A DNA stretch of 64,000 nucleotides from Clostridia bacterium (lineage in GTDB: Bacteria > Bacillota > Clostridia > TANB77 > CAG-508), in assembly GCA_017625465.1 (NCBI GenBank), contig JAGAKS010000017.1, forward strand, positions 156,946 to 220,945. Direction: 5' to 3'. Below the pieces are notes generated by a model that made no database searches, was not told where the DNA came from, and saw nothing but the letters and a program-made list of their open reading frames with translations. The position numbers and the translations under genes were made by a program. This document shows, one piece after another, positions 9,255-18,476 of the stretch (position 1 is its first letter; each line of letters opens with the position of its first letter).

Positions 9255-9509
9255 ACGAATACCTCCTAAAAAATTATAAAAAATTTACAGTAAGCCCTTG
9301 ACAAACATAATAGATTACTGATATATTTTAACCAGAGTAAGTGATTATTACACAAAATCAATTACAGAAGTAAAAACCAGTCAAGACCTGACTTTTAAGT
9401 AAAATTACAGCATAAAACAAGTAATTGATTACTTACAATAATAGCTTACCACACAAAAGATAAGTTGTCAACAAAGAAGATAAAATTTCAAAAGAAAGGA
9501 GGAATGTAT

Positions 9510-9707
9510 ATGGAATTTCAGGAAGTCAAAAGAATAACTCTAACAATGAGAGAAGCAGCAGACTATTTAGGAATATCATATTGGTTAATTAATCAATTGG
9601 TTAAGAAAAAACAAATACCATATTCAAAAGTAGGCGGCAAGTTCTTGTTTAGAGTAAAAGCACTGGATGAATATCTATGTGAAAAAGAACGAGCTTCAGT
9701 AAGATAG
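9510..9707 (+). CDS. xis: excisionase / AlpA-MerR-type HTH DNA-binding protein
   Basis: LTMREAADYLGIS...LVKKKQIPYSKVGGKFLF helix-turn-helix of the excisionase (HTH_17) type; start at ATG after AAGGAGG. Confidence 0.65.
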   Translation: MEFQEVKRITLTMREAADYLGISYWLINQLVKKKQIPYSKVGGKFLFRVKALDEYLCEKERASVR

Positions 9708-9723
9708 CAAAGGAGGAAGAAAA

Positions 9724-10200
9724 ATGGTTGAAGTTCATTGGTTTAAGATACAGGCAGATATATTTGACAATGAAAAAATTAAAAAACTACTTAATAGTAG
9801 GGATGGGGACACCTATTGTAGAGTATGGTTTCAACTATTAGCATTAGCTGCAAAGTGTAATGCACATGGAGCAGTTCTACTTGGTGAGAATATTCCAATA
9901 ACAATAGATGATCTTGCAAGAATTATGAACAAGACAGTAAACAAGCTTGCAACGATCATGCAACAACTAGTGAATCTTCACATGATATTCGTAGAAGATG
10001 GAACAATCTATATTAAAAATTGGGATGTTTACCAAAATCTTGATAAGCTCGAAAAAATCAAGGAAGACAACAGGAAAAGACAGCAAAGATTTAGAGATAA
10101 ACAAATGATAAATAACGTTACTGTAACGTTAGATAACGCAGAAGATAAGAATAGAGAAGAAAAGATTAGAATAGAAAATGATAGTGGTTTTAAAGACTAA
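9724..10200 (+). CDS. phage replisome organizer N-terminal domain protein
   Basis: WFKIQADIFDNEKIKKL...YCRVWFQLLALAAKCNAHGAVLL matches the replisome-organizer N-terminal pattern; strong RBS. Confidence 0.6.
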   Translation: MVEVHWFKIQADIFDNEKIKKLLNSRDGDTYCRVWFQLLALAAKCNAHGAVLLGENIPITIDDLARIMNKTVNKLATIMQQLVNLHMIFVEDGTIYIKNWDVYQNLDKLEKIKEDNRKRQQRFRDKQMINNVTVTLDNAEDKNREEKIRIENDSGFKD

Positions 10201-10235
10201 AAAAGCAATTTTTAATTATGAAAGGAGAAATTTAT

Positions 10236-11048
10236 ATGATAAGTACAAGAACAATTAAAAGAGAAAAATGTAAATTCTGTGGAAAGGAATTAGAACAAAA
10301 GACAATGAGTTTTATAGTAGGAGATAGAGAGTTCGTTCTATCAGGAGAACCTGTAAGATGTGACTGCATGAAAGCAAAGATATATTGGAAAAAGGTTGAT
10401 GATAGAAGAGCTGCAATAGAATATAAAAGGGAGTATAACAGAAAGATGATGCTAAGAAAGAGATATTACTTAAATAGCAAAATGAACAAAAGATTAATGG
10501 AATATAATTTTGAAAATTATATGACTAATAATGACAATAGAATGGCTTATGAAAAGTCAAAAAGGTATGCAGAGAATTTTGTAAAAGGTGATAATAAAGG
10601 AAGCTTATTTATAACTGGAGGAGTTGGAACAGGTAAAACACATTTAGCAGCTAGTATTGCAAATTACTTAATAGAAAATGAAATACCAGTTATATTTGGA
10701 ACACTAATAACTTTACTAAATGATATAAAGGACACTTACAAAATTGATGGCGATTGTGAGAGTGATGTTATTGAAAAATATTCAAAGATTCCATTGTTAA
10801 TAATTGATGATTTGGGTAAAGAAAGACCTAGTGAATGGACATTAGAAAAGCTATTTACAATAATAAATAATAGATACGAAAACAATTTACCAATAATAAT
10901 TACAACAAATTATAACAAGGAAAAGTTAAGAAAAAGACTTTTATGTAATAGCAATGAAGAAATAGTAGATTCTATAATATCAAGACTTTATGAAATGTGT
11001 AGAGGAATAATCATCTTTGGAAAAGACAAAAGAAAAGAGTTAGTATAA
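10236..11048 (+). CDS. DnaC/IstB-like AAA+ ATPase (helicase loader) with N-terminal Cys cluster
   Basis: Walker A GGVGTGKTHLA, Walker B LLIIDDLGKE, sensor region TTNY; N-terminal CKFCG...RCDC. Confidence 0.75.
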   Translation: MISTRTIKREKCKFCGKELEQKTMSFIVGDREFVLSGEPVRCDCMKAKIYWKKVDDRRAAIEYKREYNRKMMLRKRYYLNSKMNKRLMEYNFENYMTNNDNRMAYEKSKRYAENFVKGDNKGSLFITGGVGTGKTHLAASIANYLIENEIPVIFGTLITLLNDIKDTYKIDGDCESDVIEKYSKIPLLIIDDLGKERPSEWTLEKLFTIINNRYENNLPIIITTNYNKEKLRKRLLCNSNEEIVDSIISRLYEMCRGIIIFGKDKRKELV

Positions 11049-11133
11049 GCCGCAAAACTAAATACTAACCCAAATGTTTATAAATATATTTTAATATAAA
11101 ATTTTAGAAAAGTAAATAAAAAGGAGGAAAGTT

Positions 11134-11490
11134 ATGGATATAACTTATAAAAAAGTAGGAGATTATTATTATCCTGAATTGGAATTACCAAAAAAATATA
11201 AGGATTTTAGATTAGATAAATATGGAAGGTTAAGACTTAATTATTTAAAGGAAAATAAGCATATACAATATGAAATTATGAAGTGTGAAGATACTTTAAT
11301 AGATCATTTAAAAGAAGTACAAGAGTTAGCTAATAAAAGATACAATCAGCTTATGGAAGAGTTCAAAAAGAGAGAAAATATTACTGAAGAATTAAAACAA
11401 AAAGACCAAATGAAGTGGGTTGGACTAATGAATAATATAAGCAATTGTGTAGATGAAATTGTACTAAAAGAATGCATTTATGATGATTAA
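11134..11490 (+). CDS. TnpV-like transposon-encoded protein
   Basis: MDITYKKVGDYYYPELELP...YGRLRLNYLKENK resembles TnpV N-terminus of clostridial mobilizable transposons. Confidence 0.5.
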   Translation: MDITYKKVGDYYYPELELPKKYKDFRLDKYGRLRLNYLKENKHIQYEIMKCEDTLIDHLKEVQELANKRYNQLMEEFKKRENITEELKQKDQMKWVGLMNNISNCVDEIVLKECIYDD

Positions 11491-11493
11491 ACT

Positions 11494-11616
11494 TAAGGAA
11501 TAATGCCTGAATTTTTGAAACAAATTTGGGCATTTCCTTCCATATTTTAGTTATAAGTTATGTATCAGCAAGCAATGAATTTCTGTAGCTCGAAATTCAA
11601 AATGGGGAAATTCCCC
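11494..11616. promoter_or_regulatory. candidate oriT / relaxase promoter region with inverted repeats
   Basis: imperfect hairpin AAGGAATAATGCC...GGGCATTTCCTT (11494-11539) and perfect 13-bp palindrome GGGGAAATTCCCC (11604-11616) immediately upstream of the relaxase start. Confidence 0.4.
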
Positions 11617-11649
11617 AAGCCCCTTTTTATTTTTAGAAAGGAGAAAATT

Positions 11650-12483
11650 ATGGCTACAACAAAAATATGGAAAGTAGAAAAAAGATTAGATCATGTGATG
11701 GATTATACAACTAATGAAGAAAAAACAAAAAATGAATATTTAGAAAATGGAGTAGATGATTACGATAGCATAAGACAAGTAATGATGTATGCAACTAATG
11801 CAGATAAAACAGAAAAACAGTTTTATACAACAGGTATAAATTGTGATGTGGATTCTGCAGTAGAAGAAATGAGAAATGCAAAAGATTTCTGGCACAAAAC
11901 AGATGGCATATTAGCATTTCATGCAGAGCAATCGTTTAAAGAAAATGAAGTAACACCAGAAATTGCTCATGAAATTGGAGTAAGACTTGCAGAAGAAATG
12001 TGGGGAGATAGATTTCAAGTAGTAGTATCTACCCACTTAAATACGAAACATCTTCATAATCATTTTGTAATTAATTCAGTTTCCTTTAAAGATGGATATA
12101 AGTATTATAGTAATTTTGAAAATACAGCATTATTAAGGAAAACATCAGATGAACTTTGTGAAGAATATGGCTTAAGTGTATTAGAAGAAAAGAAATGTAA
12201 ATCTGGAATTAATTTTGAGAACTTTTATAAAAAACATATACAAGAAAGTGATTATCATAAAGAAGTTAAAGAGGATTTAGATTATGCAATTAAAAATTCT
12301 TATACTACAAAAGATTTTCACAGAATATTAGAATCAATGGGATATAACTATTATTATAGCGCAGGAAAACTATCTGTAAGGAGAGAACCATATAAAAGAA
12401 ATATAAGAGTTGAAAGAGCTTTTGGAGAAGAATATTCTGTTGATAATATTACAAAAAGAATTCTTCAAAATGATTATGTTTGA
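11650..12483 (+). CDS. MobA/MobL-type relaxase (mobilization nuclease domain); terminates at an in-frame TGA
   Basis: HLHNHFVIN HUH-type histidine motif, upstream tyrosine-containing N-terminus; start at ATG 11650 after AGGAG. The ORF-track N-terminal extension from 11560 is rejected. Confidence 0.8.
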   Translation: MATTKIWKVEKRLDHVMDYTTNEEKTKNEYLENGVDDYDSIRQVMMYATNADKTEKQFYTTGINCDVDSAVEEMRNAKDFWHKTDGILAFHAEQSFKENEVTPEIAHEIGVRLAEEMWGDRFQVVVSTHLNTKHLHNHFVINSVSFKDGYKYYSNFENTALLRKTSDELCEEYGLSVLEEKKCKSGINFENFYKKHIQESDYHKEVKEDLDYAIKNSYTTKDFHRILESMGYNYYYSAGKLSVRREPYKRNIRVERAFGEEYSVDNITKRILQNDYV

Positions 12484-12651
12484 AGACCAGATATAGTCCC
12501 TTATAGAATTACAAAAGCAAAGTTTTATTCATCTAAGAATAGCATAAAGAGAAAATATAAGCCTAAAGGAATAATTGCATTATATTACTATTATAAGTTT
12601 TTATTAGGCTTTCATAAAAAGAACAATATAGAATATAAGCTAACACCAGAA

Positions 12652-13026
12652 ATGCAAAAAGAAGTAAAGAAAATGGAATTCTATTCAGAACAGATTAGAT
12701 TTATGTGTAAATATAAGTTGGAAACAACAGATGCAGTAGATGAGCTAAAAACTAAGAAACTTAGAGAAAAACAAATAATACTAAATAAAAGAAACAAATT
12801 ATATTATCACAGAAATAAGTGCAATAATGAGGAAGATAAGGATTCTATTACTAAAGATATTATTCTTGTTACAGATATGCTGAAGAAAGTAAAGAAGGAA
12901 ATAAAACTATGTGATGTAATTTATAATAATGCTCCAGAAATGAAACAGCAAATTAAAGAGGTGGAAGATAAGGAACTGGAAAAGGAGCAAAAACAAAAGA
13001 GAAAAACAAAGAGTTATGAATTGTAA
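12652..13026 (+). CDS. Lys/Glu-rich coiled-coil protein, same frame as relaxase (possible C-terminal relaxase segment or MobC-like accessory)
   Basis: in the same frame as 11650-12483 with no other stop between 12484 and 12651. Confidence 0.4.
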   Translation: MQKEVKKMEFYSEQIRFMCKYKLETTDAVDELKTKKLREKQIILNKRNKLYYHRNKCNNEEDKDSITKDIILVTDMLKKVKKEIKLCDVIYNNAPEMKQQIKEVEDKELEKEQKQKRKTKSYEL

Positions 13027-13153
13027 AATAGGCACAGAAATGTGCCTATTTTACATACGCATAAAAAATGCATAATATATATATTAAATACGTATAAAAA
13101 TGTTGACATGAAATCATTTTATTTATATAATACAAAAAGAGAGGTACAAAAGT

Positions 13154-13324
13154 ATGAAAGTAAATAAAAAGGGAAGACCAAAAGGTATAAAAAAAGATGA
13201 AAGATTACATGTGATGATATCAAGTGATTTGAAAGAAAAATTCCAAAAGAAGGTTGAACAAGAAGGAAGCAATATTTCAGTTAAAACATGTGAATTAATA
13301 TCTAAATATATTGAAAATAATTAA
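13154..13324 (+). CDS. small basic protein, ribbon-helix-helix-like (56 aa)
   Basis: MKVNKKGRPKG...RLHVMISSDLKEKFQKKVEQEG pattern (beta-strand then two helices) typical of CopG/Arc regulators; RBS GAGAGG; not in ORF track. Confidence 0.35.
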   Translation: MKVNKKGRPKGIKKDERLHVMISSDLKEKFQKKVEQEGSNISVKTCELISKYIENN

Positions 13325-13346
13325 CTAAAAAGAGAAGAGGTATAAT

Positions 13347-14147
13347 ATGGGAACAAATATATATGATGAAAGAAATACAGTAAATGACCTTACAGGTTCA
13401 GAATGGAAATTCAGCACAAAAACAGTTATTAATAAGGCTTATCCTATAAATATGCAACATAAGTTAAGATCGGAACATGGAGGTCAAAAACCACCAGAAT
13501 TATGTGCTGATATCATAAAAATTTTTACTAAAAAGGGAAATTTAATTTTAGATCCTTTTATGGGAGTGGGTGGTACACTACTTGGCGCAAGTCTTACAGA
13601 TAGAAATGCTATAGGAATAGATATAACGAAAAGATGGATAGATATTTATAAAGAAGTTAGTAAATTAGAAAATTTAAAGGAACAAAAAACAATACTAGGT
13701 GATTCTCTAAAAAAATTAGATAAAATAGAAAATGATTCAGTAGATTTTATACTAACAGATGTACCATATTGGAATATCGATACATTAAAGCAAACAAGGA
13801 ACAAGAAAATAAAGCAATCTAAACTTAATAATTTTGACAATGATACGCAAAATCAGACAAAAGAAGAATGGCTACAGCAAATGTATGATATAATATATAA
13901 AGCATCTAGAAAATTAAAAATTGGAAAATACATGGCTATATTTATAGGAGATATGTATAGAGATAAAGAATATCATTTTTTATCTGCTGAACTAGCTATG
14001 AAAATAAATGAGGCAGAAGATTTGAAGATGAAATCCAATATTATTTGGGTAGACAACAGCAAATCATTACATGTTTTTGGATATCCTAGAGCATATGTAC
14101 CATCGATGATACATCAAAATATATTAGTTTTTAGAAGAGAGGAATAA
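13347..14147 (+). CDS. DNA methyltransferase, N4-cytosine/N6-adenine family (variant DVPY motif IV)
   Basis: HGGQKPPEL followed by AdoMet motif DPFMGVGGT, then TDVPYW in place of canonical (D/S/N)PPY. Confidence 0.7.
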   Translation: MGTNIYDERNTVNDLTGSEWKFSTKTVINKAYPINMQHKLRSEHGGQKPPELCADIIKIFTKKGNLILDPFMGVGGTLLGASLTDRNAIGIDITKRWIDIYKEVSKLENLKEQKTILGDSLKKLDKIENDSVDFILTDVPYWNIDTLKQTRNKKIKQSKLNNFDNDTQNQTKEEWLQQMYDIIYKASRKLKIGKYMAIFIGDMYRDKEYHFLSAELAMKINEAEDLKMKSNIIWVDNSKSLHVFGYPRAYVPSMIHQNILVFRREE

Positions 14148-14150
14148 AAT

Positions 14151-16049
14151 ATGAGTAGTTTATTACCTAAGAATGAATATAAATTTAAAAATTTAGAAAA
14201 AGAAGAATATGAAAATGGTAAGGTATTTTATTTTTATTGTGATAACTTACAAGAAGGAATGCATATTTTGTTTTGGCTAGAAGAGTATAATAAAGAGATG
14301 AAATTAATAAAAAGAGGGTATAATGGTATATCTAATTATATATCTATTTATGATATAAATGGAGAAAAATATACAATTATAATTTGCTCTTTTTATCATA
14401 ATGGTGAATTGCCACGATTAGTTAGACAAATAATATATAAAATAGATAAACCTGATGTAGTAATATATTCACAAGATGAGGATAAAATAGTATGTGGAAT
14501 TGAAAATACAGAGACTGGATTTGTTGGAAATGCGACATGGCAAAGACATGGAAGAATAATGAATTTTTTAGGTAATGATTTTCCTTTTGTATTTTTTGCT
14601 TATTATTCTAAAAAAGATATTTCACAAGATACAATCAGAAAACCAAGCCCATTACTAGTTTTATCATTTTTTTCATTATCTATCGAATATTCAACACCTG
14701 CAATATTATCATTATATGATCACGAAGATATAACACAAAATATAATAAATGATGATGGCTCAAAAATGATTGATACAAGAAAAGAATCTTTGAGCTATAT
14801 ATTAAGCTTGATGCTGCATGGACAGGACGCAGATGAAACACAAGAAAAATTAAAAAAATGTTTTTACGATATGAAATATTATTATAAAGAAGAAATAAAA
14901 AGAGTTAAGAATAATGAATTACCTTTAAAAACATTAGAATTATTGAGAAAAGATAATTTTGAAGATGAAATCGTAGAAAAAATCATAAAGAAAGATAAAA
15001 ATTATCCATTGTTCTTTAAAGATATATCTCCATGGAACCCAGTATCAGCAAAAGAATTTAAAATAAATAATGAAAAAGTTGGAATAGGTGAATATATAAA
15101 AAATCAATTATATGATATTGATTTTTATCAATTATCACCTAAATGTCCAGTTGGAATTACTTTTGACACAAATAAATTGGTTACTAGATTAAATGAAATA
15201 AAAAATACAGGTGATTATTTTTGGGAAGATTCTTTAAGATTAGATATTCCAACTATAATTATATTATTAAAGCTTACTAAAAAAGGAAAATTAGCATTAC
15301 CAGATCCATACAATGGTAGAATTCCAGCTTTTTATGAGCTTTATAAACAATCTTTTGGAGAAATTAATTGTATTATATATTTAATGGATCATTCAAGCGA
15401 AAATGAATATGATCCAGCTTATGCAAAAAATATGAAAATATATAAGTCGATTAATGATTATGCTACAATTTTTCTAGATAGAGATTTAAATGTACTTGAT
15501 AAAAATTGCGATAAAGCAGTAAAGGACTCTAGAAAAAAATATGAAGAAGAAATAACAGAAGATAATGTTACATGTTTTTTTGAAACAATACTCAAAATGG
15601 AAAACATAAAGCCTTCATTTATAAATCCACCATGTGGTTCTTGGTCTGATTTTAAATTATATCCTATAAATAAATTTTTCTATTTAAAAAGAGATGATGA
15701 TAGGCCAGATATTGCATATTATATTCCTAAAAATCAACAACTATACTTTAATGATGGCATATATTATGTAGGAGAAAGTAAAGCAAACTATTCATCATTT
15801 AAAAATGATGAAAAATTCAATTTTGAAATAGAGAGAATTAATAGATTAATTGAAATTATAGACAAAGAAATAGGTATAGATTTAAAATATAAATCATTTA
15901 TATTATTTAAAGGAATTGCAGAAGTGGGAATAGAAATAGTAAATGAAGTACGTGAAGGTAAGAAAAAACATGTGGATTATGTTGTGGTTATTGAAGAAGA
16001 CAATGAGAATATAGAATATAATATTAGGATGATTATATTAGAGGTATAA
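14151..16049 (+). CDS. hypothetical 632-aa protein, putative restriction endonuclease (possible PD-(D/E)xK: KPD-x8-DEDK)
   Basis: tightly packed between two methyltransferases (4-nt and 1-nt gaps); KPDVVIYSQDEDKIV resembles PD...(D/E)xK; otherwise no motif. Confidence 0.35.
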   Translation: MSSLLPKNEYKFKNLEKEEYENGKVFYFYCDNLQEGMHILFWLEEYNKEMKLIKRGYNGISNYISIYDINGEKYTIIICSFYHNGELPRLVRQIIYKIDKPDVVIYSQDEDKIVCGIENTETGFVGNATWQRHGRIMNFLGNDFPFVFFAYYSKKDISQDTIRKPSPLLVLSFFSLSIEYSTPAILSLYDHEDITQNIINDDGSKMIDTRKESLSYILSLMLHGQDADETQEKLKKCFYDMKYYYKEEIKRVKNNELPLKTLELLRKDNFEDEIVEKIIKKDKNYPLFFKDISPWNPVSAKEFKINNEKVGIGEYIKNQLYDIDFYQLSPKCPVGITFDTNKLVTRLNEIKNTGDYFWEDSLRLDIPTIIILLKLTKKGKLALPDPYNGRIPAFYELYKQSFGEINCIIYLMDHSSENEYDPAYAKNMKIYKSINDYATIFLDRDLNVLDKNCDKAVKDSRKKYEEEITEDNVTCFFETILKMENIKPSFINPPCGSWSDFKLYPINKFFYLKRDDDRPDIAYYIPKNQQLYFNDGIYYVGESKANYSSFKNDEKFNFEIERINRLIEIIDKEIGIDLKYKSFILFKGIAEVGIEIVNEVREGKKKHVDYVVVIEEDNENIEYNIRMIILEV

Positions 16050-16050
16050 T

Positions 16051-17073
16051 ATGAAATATATAGGTAATAAATCTAGGTTAATTGGATTCATTGAAGAGTG
16101 CTTAAAAGATTTTAATATTAATTATAATAATTGTAAGGTTTATGACTTGTTTTCAGGAACAGGAAGTGTTAGTGAATTTTTTTTGAAAAATGATTGTAAA
16201 GTGTTATCATGCGATAATATGAATTATGCTATAGCAGAACAATATAGAAGACTATATTTTAGAAAAGAGCCTATATTTAATGAATTGAAAAATATAATTG
16301 GATATGAAAAATTAGATGATATATTAAAGTATTTGAATAGTTTAGAAGGAAATGAAGGATATTTTTTTGAAAATTTCTGTGAAGAAGGAAAATATAAAAG
16401 AAGATTTTTTAGTAGCTCAAATGCAAAAAAAATAGATGCTATAAGAAATAAAATAGACGAATGGAAAGATATATTGCCTTATGAAAAATATATTTTTTTA
16501 GTTGGTATTTTAATGAATTCAGCAGATTTTGTTTCAAATACTGCTGGTACATATGGTGCATATTTAAAAATATGGAGAAGTATGGCGCTAAAAGAATTAA
16601 AACTTGAAAAACCAGAGTTTATTAATAGTGGAGAAATCAAGATGTATATCAGTGATGTTATTGATTTTGTAAAAGAACAAAACAAAGCAGATATTGTATA
16701 TCTTGATCCACCATATAATACAAGACAATATCCTGCATATTTTAGTGTTCTTGAAAGCATTGTTGTAAATGATAATCAAGTTTTAAATGGAAAAACGGGA
16801 TTAAGAAATTATGAGAAACAAAAATCTAAATTTTCAATAAAAAAAGATGTAAAAGAGGAATTTGAAAAGCTTATTAACAATATTAAATCAGATTATATTG
16901 TGATGAGTTATAGTACAGAGGGAATATTAGATTCAAATTTTATAATGGAAGTGTTAAAAAGAAAAGGTAAGACAAAGATGTATAATACATCTTATAGAAG
17001 ATTTAAAACTAATGCATGGACAGAAAAGAATACAAATCTAAAAGAAATATTATTTATATGTAAAGTATTATAG
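16051..17073 (+). CDS. Dam-like (D12 class) N6-adenine DNA methyltransferase
   Basis: N-terminal YIGNKSRL, AdoMet motif DLFSGTGSV, catalytic DPPY. Confidence 0.8.
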   Translation: MKYIGNKSRLIGFIEECLKDFNINYNNCKVYDLFSGTGSVSEFFLKNDCKVLSCDNMNYAIAEQYRRLYFRKEPIFNELKNIIGYEKLDDILKYLNSLEGNEGYFFENFCEEGKYKRRFFSSSNAKKIDAIRNKIDEWKDILPYEKYIFLVGILMNSADFVSNTAGTYGAYLKIWRSMALKELKLEKPEFINSGEIKMYISDVIDFVKEQNKADIVYLDPPYNTRQYPAYFSVLESIVVNDNQVLNGKTGLRNYEKQKSKFSIKKDVKEEFEKLINNIKSDYIVMSYSTEGILDSNFIMEVLKRKGKTKMYNTSYRRFKTNAWTEKNTNLKEILFICKVL

Positions 17074-17082
17074 GAGGAATAT

Positions 17083-18357
17083 ATGGAAGAATTAGATACA
17101 AAGAAAGTATTTACAGATACAAAAGATTATCCATTAAGCATAATTAAAGAAATGTTTGATGACGGAGATATAATCCCACAACCAGATTATCAAAGAGATT
17201 ATATTATGGATGAGAAAAAAGCATCAAAATTAATTGAATCTGTTTTATTACAAATACCAATTCCTACGGTTTATCTTTGTGAAGAAAGTGATGGTACACT
17301 ATCTATAATAGATGGACAACAAAGACTAACTTCATTTGTGAAATTTCTAAAAAATGAATTTGCTTTAAAAAACTTAGAAGAATATACCGATTTTAATGGA
17401 AAAAGATTTGCAGATTTAGATAAGGCAGTTCAAAGAACAATAAAAAATACAAGTATTCATTCAATAGTTATAAAAAAAGAATCACAAGAACTAAAATATG
17501 AAATATTTGCAAGATTAAATCAAGGTTCTACAAGTTTAAAGCCACAAGAATTAAGAAATTGTATATATAGAGGTAGCTTTAATAATATGCTAGAAGATAT
17601 TTCAGAAAGCAATAAGACACTAGCTTTTCTTATAGGAACTGAAAATAAGAGAAAAAACTATCAGGAAACAATATTAAGATATTTTGCATTAAAGAATTTT
17701 CAAGAATATAGCAGTTCAATATCTAAAACATTAAACTTGTATATGGAAAAACATCAAAATGACTCAAAAGAAGATATTGATCAATTTAAGAAAGAATTTA
17801 ATTCAAATATAGATATTATTAAACAAGTGCTTGGAGAAGATGCATTTTTTGGATATGATAGAACAAAAGGAAAAATGATGAATAAGTTTAGTGGCTCTAC
17901 ATACGATTCAATTATTATTGGATTTTCTATGTTTAACAATCATGATATCATGGTGCATTCAGATGAAATAAGACAAAGAATAAAAGAAATGAAAATGAAT
18001 GATCCAGAATATCAAGATTATACATATGCTGCAACAGGTTCAAAAGTTAGAGTTATTGGAAGAATTATGAAAGTATATGAATTACTTTCTCAAATTATTG
18101 GTAAAAAAGGTGATTATGGAGTAGAAAGAACATTTTCCAAAGAAACAAAGGAAGACCTATGGCATGAAGGCTATATTTGTTCATATTGCGGAAATGAAAT
18201 ATTAAGTATGGATGATGCAGAAGTTGATCATATAGAGGCATTTGTATCTGGAGGAGAGACAATTAAAGAAAATGCACAATTGCTTCATAGACATTGTAAT
18301 AGAGAAAAACATGATAATGACGTAGAGTTTGAAAATGAAGAAGAATTAGAAAACTAA
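17083..18357 (+). CDS. DUF262 (ParB-like, DGQQR) + C-terminal HNH nuclease; GmrSD-like type IV restriction-type protein
   Basis: IIDGQQRLTSF DUF262 hallmark; C-terminal CSYCG...VDHIEAF...HRHCNREKHD HNH motif. Confidence 0.75.
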   Translation: MEELDTKKVFTDTKDYPLSIIKEMFDDGDIIPQPDYQRDYIMDEKKASKLIESVLLQIPIPTVYLCEESDGTLSIIDGQQRLTSFVKFLKNEFALKNLEEYTDFNGKRFADLDKAVQRTIKNTSIHSIVIKKESQELKYEIFARLNQGSTSLKPQELRNCIYRGSFNNMLEDISESNKTLAFLIGTENKRKNYQETILRYFALKNFQEYSSSISKTLNLYMEKHQNDSKEDIDQFKKEFNSNIDIIKQVLGEDAFFGYDRTKGKMMNKFSGSTYDSIIIGFSMFNNHDIMVHSDEIRQRIKEMKMNDPEYQDYTYAATGSKVRVIGRIMKVYELLSQIIGKKGDYGVERTFSKETKEDLWHEGYICSYCGNEILSMDDAEVDHIEAFVSGGETIKENAQLLHRHCNREKHDNDVEFENEEELEN

Positions 18358-18365
18358 ATTGAAAC

Positions 18366-18417
18366 AAAAGCAAAATAGGTTTGGAAACAGACATTTCCTA
18401 CATTATTTTGCTTTTTT
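18366..18417 (+). terminator. rho-independent terminator after the 4-gene operon
   Basis: aagcaaaata...tattttgctt stem followed by TTTTTTT. Confidence 0.5.
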
Positions 18418-18476
18418 TATACAAATTTCGACAAATTTCTTGAAAAAAATATTGTAAAATATGAAAGGAGGTAAAA

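Noticed and set aside
11560-11649. N-terminal extension of relaxase ORF (MYQQAMNFCSSKF...)
   Set aside because: No RBS at 11560, whereas AGGAG precedes ATG 11650; the extension covers the palindromic candidate oriT and is probably non-coding
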